Source: Eledone cirrhosa (taxonomy: Eukaryota). Taken from it: a stretch of 64,000 bases of DNA. Where the stretch lies: NCBI GenBank assembly GCA_964016885.1, contig OZ024743.1, forward strand, positions 358,670,001 through 358,734,000, given 5' to 3'. How positions within the stretch are numbered: the first letter of the stretch is position 1; every line of letters starts with the position of its first letter. A program made the translations under genes and the position numbers. This document shows positions 1 to 11,741 of the stretch, piece after piece. The notes below the pieces were generated by a model. The model had not been told where the DNA came from, did not search any database, and worked only from the letters and a program-made list of their open reading frames with translations.

Positions 1-835
1 CCTTTGTTTGGCATGCCAGCTCAACCTTTGTAATCGGTTAGTAAATAAATTACGTAAAAACATTGTAAAGTCTTGTGATGCTATTACCACAGCCATAGCC
101 TTTAAATGTGATATGGAAAGATCCTTTCCAGAGTTATTATCACAACAGCAACAGAACCTGGGACTTACAGCCGAACCTCAATTCAACTAACATTGCCATA
201 TATCAAAACCATACCTTTCCAGCTGCCACAACAACCCATATCAATATTATTATTCTTATTGATATTCCTATTATCGTTCTGCTAAACTGGTGACTATTAA
301 ACTGCTATATTGGTGACCCCTGTTGATGCAAATACTATTATCATCATTTTAAATACAGCTAAAACTCCCTATATACACAACTGTATTTTTGTGGTAATCA
401 AATAATTAAAAAAGGCGACAAGATAGCAAAAGCATTGCTGCAGAGAACCGCCAACGACACCTGCGGTATCAGCCATACCACTCCATGGGAATCCATTGTC
501 AGACAGGTGCGTTCCATCCAATTTTGCAGAAGAAAACAGCAACTGTCTGGCTACTGGGAACACGAGTGGTTTTGATGGTGACCGGCACAGAAAGGAAGTT
601 TAAATCCCAGTATATGGTCAAAGCAACAAGGTTATCACTACCAATAAAGAAAAAGGGGCAATTTAATCGATTGTTCATATTCCAAGTTCAGATTCAGTCA
701 GGTTCAACTTTTTCTATTATCAATTCAAGGGTTGATAAAATAAGTACCAGTTAATTATTAGTTTTAATTTAAGTGACTGTATTCCGATCCTCAAATTTGT
801 GAGTTTGTTCCTATGTTAGAAATAACGATATTCTT

Positions 836-1067
836 TTAACCCTTTAGTATTTAAACCGGTCATATCTGGCCAGAATTCTCTCACATCTTTCTGTTCAAAC
901 CGGCTGTAACCGGCCACTCAGTATGAGTGGCTGGTTATTGTTCTCAAAATGAATAATATTAAAATCTTATAGATTTGATATCATGTGAGATAATTATGTG
1001 AGGTAAAGCCTTTACTGTGAAAATATAATAGTAAATATATAAAGTAATGTAAATACTAAAGGGTTAA
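836..1067 (+). mobile_element. piggyBac-like MITE (copy 1 of 4)
   Basis: TTAA flanks and terminal inverted repeat CCCTTTAGYATTTA...TAAATRYTAAAGGG; same internal sequence as the other copies. Confidence 0.75.
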
Positions 1068-1196
1068 ATTGTGTGGAACTGCCAAAACTGACTTACTTTT
1101 TGATATTTTTAAAGTTGAAAAATATCAGGGGTGAGGAACCATCTTGGTACCAAGGGTGAATTTCAAGTGCTTAAGAACCTGTTGAGATGCATCTGT

Positions 1197-1332
1197 GCTG
1201 ATAAAAATAATTGTTTCTACTTTTGGCACAAGGCCAGCAATTACCCAGTGCATTACTGGTACTTTATTTTATCGACCCCGTAAGGATGAAAGGCAAAGTT
1301 AACCTCGGCGGGATTTGGCTGATAAAAATAAT
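1197..1332 (-). mobile_element. 5'-truncated tRNA-derived SINE with 15-bp TSD
   Basis: Reverse complement of the SINE 3' half, flanked by GCTGATAAAAATAAT at 1197-1211 and 1318-1332. Confidence 0.8.
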
Positions 1333-2917
1333 GAAGCTATTTATTTTACAAATTCTTTGGTATGCAAATTACATTAAATAATTATTTTGCTTCTAGTTTG
1401 AATGCAGGCAAGAGGTTCTCACCCCTACTGTAAGTAGTTGCTTGATCTATTAGAAACAACAAGTCAAATCACTCACTACCATTTTTTTTTTTAAAGGGAA
1501 GATTGGATAGTGTAGTCAAAAGTACAGTATATGAATAAAAGAAAAGAAAGCCTGCAACAAAAAGAAAAAAAATGCCTTTCGTTACAAGTATCATACCTCC
1601 TTCATTACTATCATAACCATCACCAATACTATCAACACTTATATAGCCTGACTACTTGGTTTAGCTAGCCTTTCCTTGGCAGTAGGATAGGAAGGGGATT
1701 AACGTTAGCTATACCAACCGTCTTATTCTTCTTAGAATACACGTAATCATAATCTCACATATGTATGGTCCCGTAACTCCTGATGGTCGTTTCTTGGGCA
1801 TTTTAACCTGGTGGAGCTCATCCCTCTCCATGCGTGAGTACAGCAGATTTCTTCCAGAGAGAGGAAGAATCGACCCCAGTACTAGACTGCTACTTTTTTT
1901 TTTATCAACCTCGAAATGATGAAAGGCGAAGTTGACTTCGGCGTGATTTGAACTCAGAAAGCAAAGAGCCGGAACGAATACCATAAAGCATTCTTATCCG
2001 ACGTTCTATCCGCCTATAACCTCACATATAACATACTACTAAAATGATATATACATAATTTTTACAGATAAAAAGAAATATAATAGTAACATTATGATGA
2101 CTACCACCATCATCACAATTACCGCCATCGTCACCACGATTGGCATTGTCCTCATCAATAACATTTAATGGTATTTCATTTTCAGCTGACATCTAAAAGA
2201 TTAGTAAAATTAAATCTCAGTCATAATGTGGTATCAAAGCTGCATCCAAAGTCTGCCAATTTTATCACTTGTTGAAACTAATTATCTTGAATAACTTAAA
2301 TAAAATTATCTGGCCGACAGAAATACACATACCCGCAAACACATCGACAGATAAAGAAGGAGAGAGACAGAGAGGGAAAGGAGGAAAGAAAATAAAGGTT
2401 TTCTTCTGTTGGTATATGCGAGAGAGACCGATTAGTTTGTTCCCTCCCAGAGATATTTTTAGCCAATAATGGACTGTAATTAAAACTTCTGTTAATATTA
2501 ACGATAATAGGATATCAAGAAAAAAAAAAGTTTTTTGATCATTTGGAATTGCCAAATAAACGATCGTTCCTGATTTCTCATAGAGTTAAGTCTGTAGAAT
2601 TTAGCCGAGAAAACTAAAATAAGGAATCAACGACTGCTGAAATGTCAACAACCTATTAAATTTACTCACAAAACTTTGACGAACCTCTGTAGCAGGGAGA
2701 AGTTAAGAAAGAAAGAGCATATGATTCAAGTTTATTACCATGAATAACTCACACGTGTTTACGAACTGGGAACATACCGTTACAGGTATCCTGTATGCGG
2801 TTTTCGGTAAGTTCTATTCATCCTTATTTTCAATATTAAATGGCATATGAAGCTACCAAGTCTATTAGTTTTGGAATCTGTGGGAAAAAACCCCTTGTTT
2901 ATTAATTTATTAAACCA

Positions 2918-3090
2918 TCAATTCGGTCACACACCATAAGAGCCATCGGGAATTTTTGAGGCAAACCAACACGCTCGCAGCATTATTGCGGGTGATGGCG
3001 AGTCTAAGGCACTGAAACAACTAAGCAGTAATGCTGCAAGCGTGTTGGCTTGCCTCAAAAATTTTCGATGACTCTTGTGTGACCGATTGA
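2918..3090. repeat. Imperfect inverted repeat (MITE-like hairpin)
   Basis: TCGGTCACAC..AAGAGCCATCG..TTTTTGAGGCAA..AACACGCT..GCAGCATTA mirrored downstream. Confidence 0.7.
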
Positions 3091-3205
3091 CGCACTTAGT
3101 GTTGAATTGATGTTTTTTTCTCTCTTTTCTCGCTTCGATAATATATTCTTGTGTATTAAGGTCCTTAGCAACAATTAATTGATTTCATTAATTGATTACA
3201 TTACT

Positions 3206-3615
3206 GGGCGGTGGATTGGCAGTATCGGTAGAGGGTCGGACGCCATGCTTTGACGCATAGAGTTACGGCCCTTGCCATTCTGAGTTCAAATCCCGCCGAG
3301 GTTAACTTTGCCTTTCATCCTTACGGGGTCGATAAAATAAAGTACCAGTAATGAACTGCGTAATTGCTGGCCTTGTGCCAAAAGTAGAAACAATTAATTG
3401 ATTATATTACTTCTATATATAACTCGGGCGGTGGATTGGCAGTATTGGTAGAGGGTCGGACGTCATGCTTTGATGCATAGAGTTATGGCCCTTTCCATTC
3501 TGAGTTCAAATCCCGCCGAGGTCAACTTTGCCTTTCATTCTTACGGGGTCGATAACATAAAGTACCAGTAATGTACTGGGTAATTGCTGGCCTTGTGCCA
3601 AAAGTAGAAACAATT
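3206..3615 (+). mobile_element. Two tandem full-length ~190-bp tRNA-derived SINEs (conserved central GCCTTTCATCCTTACGGGGTCGATAAAATAAAGTACCAG, Meta-domain-like)
   Basis: A-box-like TGGCAGTATCGG and B-box-like GAGTTCAAATCC; 3' end GGCCTTGTGCCAAAAGTAGAAACAATT; more than 12 copies in the window. Confidence 0.85.
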
Positions 3616-3768
3616 ACTTCTATATATAACTAAAAGTTTATATAGTTCGTTGACTATTCAACGAATTCAATTTTACAATAGATTAGAAGCACTCGACGGT
3701 TATTTATCTGGAGTATCTATAATATTATTCAAAATATTAATAACTGAGAAATATTATCATAACCAAAG

Positions 3769-3839
3769 TATATATTTTATTATACATATTTCAAAGGTAC
3801 AATGGTGTTTCAGTACGTTTTCATCAGATAAAATATATA
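3769..3839 (-). ncRNA. Type I hammerhead ribozyme motif (Penelope pLTR)
   Basis: TATATATTTTAT-CTGATGA-AAACGTAC..GTACCTTT-GAAA-TATGTA-TA-ATAAAATATATA; 12-bp stem I, intact core. Confidence 0.75.
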
Positions 3840-5081
3840 AGAGATTGGTTAGACGACATACCACTAAGGTATATATATTGAACTACTTTTTTGTCACAAC
3901 CTCCCAAATTACCAACCCCGTATCATTTTGTCTTTAGAATTTTAAATTTATTGCAATACGTTTACCTTAGACATGTTAATCTCCGGATTTACCAATATTA
4001 ATATAAATTTTTAGGCATAACCGTCAACATAATATTACAAATAAAAAGAGAGAAAAAAAAAGAAAAACACACACACATACACACAACCAGGTACACACAT
4101 CTAGGACCACATTCAACAAAAGGCAGGCGAAAAGAGTTGACAAACGAACTACTGCCAGAGCGAAAGATAACAATGCTTCTAAAAAAAAAAAAAAAAAATC
4201 TAAAAAAATGCTTCCAAGGTTAGAAAAAAAAAACAAACTTTTGTCAGATATGCATTTATTCATACACATATATAATAAACTAATCGCTATATAGTGTTCC
4301 AAGTATCATAATTTATTTCAAATATGAAATATATTACAACTTATAGATAAATATTCAACCATCTTATAAGAACCCCTATCTCTTTGTCTTTGATGCACAA
4401 AACAACAAAAATATGTTCTTTTAATTTTCGTGAACTCTTGACATTAGGGCCCGAAATAAGAACACGAAAACATCTCAGTTTCACCGGATCCATTGAATTA
4501 AGGTTTGGGTTAGTGTTTCTTTCATGGCTTCTTGTATATTTATGTATAAGCGGAGCATGTGAAATGAATTCGGCGAATGTGACGAGATATTCTTACGGTT
4601 TATTTCGAGCTCCTTTTATAATTTTGAATTATTGAAGTTAGAATTTATGGATAAGGGGAAATAATAGTTTTGTTTCTATTGTTGCGTCGGAATTGTAATC
4701 AGGAATCGAAACTCACAACTTAATTTCAGTAATATTAATCCTTAAGAAATGCAGCTGGTTATGTAGATTTCTGATAACAATCTTTACCATTTATTAGGAT
4801 AAACACACGCATGTTGTTATTAACATTGCTTAAAAGGTTTATTCTATATCAACAGTGGAACTATATCAGCGACCAGGTCGCAGACAGTACGACGAAAATT
4901 TTGATAGCAGGAAATAAATATAAAGTAAAAAGATTTTGTGTATTTTTAATAACTAAAATGTCTCTTCCACGCTGTTCCACGCTCTTTCACTTGCCAAAAA
5001 GTTCGAAATCTACATTATCAACAATTACTGTAGAAACTACTAATATGTAAATGAATCCATATATATATGTATATATATATA

Positions 5082-5256
5082 TATATAATTACAACAGTGA
5101 CATAAACAGGTACTCGAGTTTCATTCAGCCTGTCACGAGAAAGATAAAAACAAGATCTTTGTTTTTATTTTTCTCATGACAGGCTGAATGAGTTGGGGCC
5201 CAGAACCCAACAAAACTTGAGTGCCTGTTTATGTCACTGTTGTAATTATTTATATA
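5082..5256. repeat. Fold-back element adjacent to (TA)n with a decayed hammerhead
   Basis: AATTACAACAGTGACATAAACAGG ... CCTGTTTATGTCACTGTTGTAATT, centre AAGATCTT. Confidence 0.8.
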
Positions 5257-5319
5257 CTAAACTCGTCCTATGGACTGAGTGCTCTTACTCTTGGATATTT
5301 CCACTTACCTTTTACTTCA

Positions 5320-5352
<33 letters not shown>

Positions 5353-5769
5353 CATCATCAACATCGTCTTTACGTCAGTGGGAAAATAATTTTTCCTGTT
5401 TTTTTAAATAAAAAAAAAATTATATATATTTTTTTCGTGTGTTATCAACTGATCTCGCAGTCGACTTCTTTCCATGAAAATGGAAGGGATGGGGTTGCTG
5501 TCCCTCCGACCTCCTTCCTCAGAGTTATCTTTAGCATTTTTTTTTTCGTGTGTTATCAACGAATATGACCTCCAAACCAATTGGAAATGACTAGCTTTGT
5601 AGAAAATGTTAAAGGAAAAGGGACGGAAAGAGCATCAGAGTTTCACAGATTTACACCTCCTCCCGTTTGGTGGAAAATAATTATTTTTCTTCGTTTTTTG
5701 CTGGTGCTAACAACAAATCTGACTTCCAAGATGTTCATATTCAACTCTTCCATGGGTCCCAGCCACTAG

Positions 5770-6810
5770 AGTTTCTCTGCATTTATTTATGCACTCTCAC
5801 AGGCACCAACGGTTCATTCCGTATCTACCACTCCTTCGCCTGCACCTCTACCCTTGTTTTCTATGCCCTCCGGTGTTCCTTTTGCGGATCCTTATACATT
5901 GGATAAATGGGACGCCGTTTTGCTGAATATTTGAGGGACATACGACTCAGTATGGATACTCCCGTCACCCGTTATTTCCATTCCCCAGGTCACTCTTCCC
6001 TACATGTCTCAGTCCTGGGTGTCCTTTTACATCATGGATCGCAGGCCTCGCGCACCAGGACTGAACATAGTCTGATTTTCAGCCTTGGGTCCTGTTTCCC
6101 CCTTGGACTCAACTCCCTTCCCCAATTTCTTTAATATTACACATATACGTTCGTGCTTACTTCTCTACTCCTTGACCCCATCATGTTTACCCTGTCTGCT
6201 GTTTGTCATCAAACACGCGCTTGTACATTCACCCCGAGATTCCTGTGGCTTTTTTATGGTCAGGAACATATACTCTTTCAGCTGATACAGACCAACGAAA
6301 TACGCACACACACCTCTACTTTTCCCTTCACAGCACTGTATACACACACACTCCCTTATATTAACATACTTTTGCTCACAGCTTCATACTTACAAGCACA
6401 CACACAAACTCTTTTACTTACATATACACACACATATCCACTTAGCTTCGTATGGGCGTATAGTAACACACACACACACACACGCACACATATAGCTCTA
6501 TATACAAAACGTTTTTTTTTTTCATTTCAGGTAGAGGCGCTCCATCATCCACTTTTCTAAAAAAGTATATCATACACTAAACACCAGTATCAAAGAGATG
6601 GATGGACCTGTTATTTATATCTAAAAACATTTTGTCCGATTCTGCCCTGTCGTTCCTTCGATCTTTCTAATTTCTCATTCTTTTTTCTGATGAAGGACTA
6701 GCGTCCGAAACGTTAAGACACTCTTCCTGCTATTTCAAGCGTTAAACTAATATATTCCTTCCATATACTGTACCGTTTGTGTTGTTATTTCTGTTTATCT
6801 TTTACAAACA
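5770..6810 (+). mobile_element. 5'-truncated Penelope-like element (Neptune-type GIY-YIG remnant + 3' UTR/pLTR)
   Basis: FACTSTLVFYALRCSFCGSLYIG*MGRRFAEY...PVTRYFHSPGH...RTRTEHSLIFSLGSCFPLGLN (GIY-YIG with a stop codon); hammerhead core at 6683-6718; ends at a (TA)n tract. Confidence 0.75.
6683..6718 (+). ncRNA. Minimal hammerhead motif
   Basis: TTTT-CTGATGA-A-GGAC TAGC GTCC-GAAACGTT-AAGA; palindromic AACGTT in place of helix III; the second copy has stem I TCTT/AAGA. Confidence 0.6.
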
Positions 6811-6813
6811 TAC

Positions 6814-6847
<34 letters not shown>

Positions 6848-6852
<5 letters not shown>

Positions 6853-7040
6853 AGTAAGTAAGACCCCGACGGCTGAGCTCAAGCCGTTTCGACGGCTAAT
6901 TCTGTACTGAATTAGCCATCGAAACGGCTTGAGCTCAGCCGTCGGGGTCTTACTTACTCCTATTACCCACTCTACTACCCTAAGTATTGAGTACTTTGGT
7001 GCGTTATGGTCCACCTGGTTCCTTACCACTTTTCCCTCGC
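6848..7040. repeat. Fold-back element in (TA)n (copy 1; copy 2 at 51288-51481)
   Basis: Palindrome 6848-6963 plus unique tail TTACCCACTCTACTACCCTAA...CCTTACCAC. Confidence 0.85.
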
Positions 7041-7924
7041 TATATATATATATATATATATATATAACGATTTTTTGATGGTCGAGTTGGTAGCTGATGA
7101 TGTGGTGTTGATTCATTTGTTACGTGTGTGGTCACTGTTATGTGATGCAGTGTAATCAGAGGTTGCACGTGTGCAGGTAAGTGAGTAAGAGTTCATAAAG
7201 ATGATGATGATATGATAGTTCCTTGATCACGCAGAAAATGAATATATACGAAATATGCACAAGAATTATGGATGTTATTTGTTTGTTTGTAAAAGTAGAA
7301 TTAATGTCGTATTTACCAAGAAAACTTCATGAACTTCACTGGTTTGATTGAGCGAGAGACCAAGAGATAGAGATTGAGTGAAAGAGAGAGTGTAAGAGAA
7401 AGTAAGAGTCTGTGAGACCCCAAGAGGTCTCTAGAGAGCAATGGTTTACATGTTTACTTTATCAAGAACTGCTTCGAACTGCTGCCTGGTTGATCTAAGG
7501 CAGGCTATTTATCTATGTCGCTTCCTCTGTCCCCAAGCCTTGAGAACGAACAAAGAGCTGACCTCTAGAGACGGCCACTCTCAGACCTGTTGGCACCTGA
7601 AAGCAAATAACCCAGTTAATGACCGTTAAATGTCACCTAGGGGTCAAGGTGTGGAGAGATTTTGGTACATATGTATAACTGAAATCAAATAAACCTTGTC
7701 TTATTGTGCTTTTGCAATGATAAAATGCATCCAGTACACTCTGTTAAGTGTGTGGTGTTAGGAAGAGCAGTCACTCATAGACACTATACCTAAAGAATGG
7801 AATGTATTGACCAAGTCATGGTTCATCAATTTGGTTAGGAGGTGAATAACTTTAAGTACTGACTTAGTCTGTATCGGCCTGTCCAACCTGTGTTGGCATG
7901 AACACAATGGACATAGAATACCAA

Positions 7925-8452
7925 TAATTGTTTCTACTTTTGTCACAAGGCCATCAATTAGCTAGCCCCAGTGCATTACTGGTGCTTTATTTTAACAACC
8001 TCGACAGGATTTGAACTCAGAATGTAAAGGGCCATAACTCTGTACTGCAAAGCATGGTGTCTGACGCTCTACCGATACTGCTAATCCATCACCCTTAGAA
8101 TACCAATAATTGTTTCTACTTTTGGCACAAGGCCAGCAATTAATCCCAGTGTATTACTGGTACTTTATTTTATCGACCCCGTAAGGATGAAAGGCAAAGT
8201 TAACCTCGGCGGGATTTGAACTCAGACCGTAAAGCATGGCGTCCGACTCTCTACCGATACTGCCAATAATTGTTTCTACTTTAGGCACAAGGCCAGCAAT
8301 TATCCAGTGCATTACTGGTACTTTATTTTATCGACCCCGTAAGGATGAAAGGCAAAGTCAACCTCGGCGGGATTTGAACTCAGATCGTAAAGGGACGTAA
8401 CTATGCTGGAAAGCATGGCGTCCGACCCTCTACCGATACTGCCAATCCGCCA
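7925..8452 (-). mobile_element. Cluster of three head-to-tail copies of the same SINE
   Basis: AATTGTTTCTACTTTTGGCACAAGGCC ... CTACCGATACTGC repeated three times. Confidence 0.85.
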
Positions 8453-9049
8453 ATAATGATGTATATTCACACACACACACACACATATATATATATACAT
8501 CATCATCATTTAATTTAAGTTTTTCTTGATATAAATATATCCTCATCATTTAAGAATGATGACATAGAAGAAAGAGAAATTGTGGTCCCACCCCCTCCAT
8601 CCCCACAACAAAACAGTGAAAAGCTGACTGTTTAGTTTTTATTTGTTATTATTATTATCCAATATTTTTGGTTGAAAAAAGTATTTAGTTCAACTTTCTA
8701 TCCCAAATACTAATTATTATAGTATTTAACTATGCTAACATGCTAGAAATATTGCTAATTAAGTTATATATACAATTGAATCAATCAATGGATTAAGAAT
8801 TAACAAACTAAGCCGATCTATACATACATACTCATATACATAGAGTGGTAAATATATACTGTGTTTATTGTTTGTTGCAATATGTGAGACTGTGTACATG
8901 TGTATATACAGATCAATGGGTTTATATATCATCATCATCATTATCATTTAATGTCCATTTTTCTTGCTTGCATGGGTTAGATGGGCTGCCATGTTATGAG
9001 GCAATTCAGGTCCGGAGAACACATCTTACTCATACAATAAAAGGTAAAC

Positions 9050-9625
9050 ATAAATAACAAAAATAACAAAACAAATGGCATAATACATGGAAGGACTATA
9101 TTAGTTTAATGCTTGAAATAGCAGGAAGAGAGTCTTAACGTTTTGGATGCTAGTCCTTTATCAGAAGAAAGAGTGAGAAATTAAAGAAGAAATAAAAAGA
9201 TTGAGGTGACGGGCAGTGTTGAAATGGAAAAAAAATTTTTTTTAGAGAAAAATAACAGGTCGATTCATGCTGTCATCTCTTGGAAAACTGATGATGCTGG
9301 TGTTTTGTGTATGATATACTTTTTTTGAAAAGTGTATGATGGAGCGTTTCTATCTGAAAGAGAAAAAAAAAACCTTTTGTATATAGAGCTGTACGTGTGT
9401 GTGTGTTATTATAAGTCTGTACGAAGCTAAGAGGACACGTGTATGTATATGTAAGTAAAAGAGTGTGTGTGTGCTTGTAATTACAAAGCTGTGAGCAAAA
9501 GTATGTGTATATAAGGGAGTGTATGTGTGTACAGAGTTGTGAAGGTAAATGTAAAGGTGTGTATGCGTTTTTTGTTGGTCTGTATAAGCTGTAAGAGTAT
9601 ATGTTTCTGACCATAACAAAGCCAT
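9050..9625 (-). mobile_element. Second copy of the 3' UTR/pLTR of the 5770-6810 Penelope family
   Basis: Reverse complement of about 6245-6800, with a decayed hammerhead at 9133-9168. Confidence 0.75.
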
Positions 9626-9695
9626 ATATATATAACAAATTTAATATAGAAATGGCTTCTACAGGACTAGAAATGTTTCATTCGAAGGAAATCAG

Positions 9696-9748
9696 GGCTT
9701 TCCTGATGATTTAGTTTGAATGAAACAGTTCTAGTATTGTAGAAACCA
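9696..9748 (+). ncRNA. Hammerhead-like motif within a fold-back element (related copies near 36110-36290 and 40300-40350)
   Basis: TTTC-CTGATGA-TTTAGTTTGAAT-GAAA-CAGTTCTAGTATTG-TA-GAAA. Confidence 0.5.
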
Positions 9749-9972
9749 TTAATATATTGAGAACCTTACTTACTGTGGTTATCCCTGATTAAACCTGGGA
9801 CTCTCACACACACACATACACACACATATATATAAGCAGAAGGGATATTCAATTTGTTGGTAATTCAACAAATATAAATGTTTATAACTGATTCAGAGCA
9901 CTCGACATATTTTCTGGAGTATAATATACAATGGTATTAAATAAATGGAAACTATATTTATAAAACCATATT

Positions 9973-10033
9973 TATTCTATTATATATATTTCAAGGGTAC
10001 CAACATTTTGGTACGCTATCGTCAGATAAAATA
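9973..10033 (-). ncRNA. Type I hammerhead motif
   Basis: TATTTTAT-CTGACGA-TAGCGTACCAA AATG TTGGTACCCTT-GAAA-TATATA-TA-ATAGAATA. Confidence 0.7.
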
Positions 10034-10601
10034 CGAAGTGTGTTTTATAAATTTTGACATAACCAAGGAGAATATACCTTAACGGTTCAAGTTTTCCTTG
10101 GATAGTGAAGGGCTAAGAGAAGAAAAGTCAGATATTTCAAATTATTAAGATGAGTATGCAAATGAGGTTTAGGTAAAAGGGCTGAAAAAAAACCCCGTTA
10201 TTTTAGACGCTATGGAAAATTTAAATAATTATGATAAGTTATTGTATGCGTAGGAAAGAAGAGAAAGGAATAAGAGCTAGCATTTACGTTAATTTGTGGG
10301 AAAAAAGTGGAATATGATTCCAGAGTTTAAATTTTAATTTATTATGGAACGGTACTAATGAAGTAATAGATTGGTTCAATAACATAAAATTAAAACATAA
10401 CAAAAAATTCATTCAAATGGATATTGTAAATTATTACTCCTCTATTACCCCTAGTTTACTTAATAAGGCACTTATCTACGCGTCTAAACATACAGACTTA
10501 TCTAGTGATGAAATGAATATAATTCTAAACGTAAAACACTAATTGAATTTAATAATCATCTCTGGACAAGAGCCGACAGAAAAAACAATTTTGATATCAC
10601 T

Positions 10602-11741
10602 ATGGGATCATCTGACTCGGCGCAACTTACGGACCTCGTTGGATTATTTATTAATAATGTACTGCATAGGAAAACGCCAGAGATGACCGGAGGTTTATAT
10701 CGTGACGATGTGTTGCTTCTAACTGAAAACCATAGCAATAGTGAAATTAATAGGAAAAGAAAATCCATAATACAATTTTTCAACAACTACAATCTTAAGT
10801 TAGAAATAGAGAATAACTACAAAATCGTTAACTTCTTAGATGTAACCTTAAACCTTAACACAGGTCTTTACTATCCTTTCCATAAAATTAACGACAATCT
10901 AAATTATGTAAGTTTCAATTCTAATCACCCTAGAAGTATTAAAAACACTATTGTCAATAGCGTCCAACAACGGATTTCACGCATCTCCGCTAATAAAAAT
11001 ATTTTTGATGATAAGGCTGAATATTATAATGAAGCTTTACATAGAGCAGGATACTCAAATAGAATTAAATACATAGATAACAATAACATGACATATCATC
11101 CTAGTATTAACTTAAACACTAAACCAAACAAAAAAACTAGAACTAGAAATATTATTTGGTACTCTCCCCCATTCTCATTAAGCGTTAAAACATCTTCAGC
11201 AAAGCTATTCTTTAAAGCACTAGATAAATGTTTTTCTAAAGCCCACAGATACCACTCTATTTTTAACAGACACTCTATAAAACTATCCTACTCTACTACT
11301 ATGAACATAGCACAAAATATAAATAGAATTAATAATATAAACTTAAATTTAAACCCTAACCGAACTAACCAAAATAGCAATAATAATATTTCTAACAACA
11401 ATATTCTGAATAATAGTACCGTTCTGAACAACAATAACTCCAGTAAATGTAACTGTAGAATCAAATCAAACTGCCCTTTACAAAATAATTGCTTAGACAA
11501 AAACGTAGTTTATAAATGCACAGTTAAAACTAGAGACAAAATGTTTAACTATGTTGGTGCCACTTCAACAAAATTTAAAGAACGCTGGAATAACTATAAT
11601 CATACATTTAAGAGATCTGATAAAAAATCTTCTACTTCACTTTCACATCTAATTTGGAATTTAAAAGACAACAATATAGACTATTCAATATTTTGGAGAA
11701 CGATTTCGAAAGCACCTGCATACCGAAATATGGCTTTTTAG
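10602..11741 (+). pseudogene. Penelope RT/GIY-YIG ORF fragment (379 aa; frameshifted upstream, deleted near the C-terminus)
   Basis: YRDD catalytic motif, FLDVTL, thumb SNHPRSI, CNCRIKSNCPLQNNC, NVVYKC/YVGATS; LEEMVTIL continues in another frame. Confidence 0.88.
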
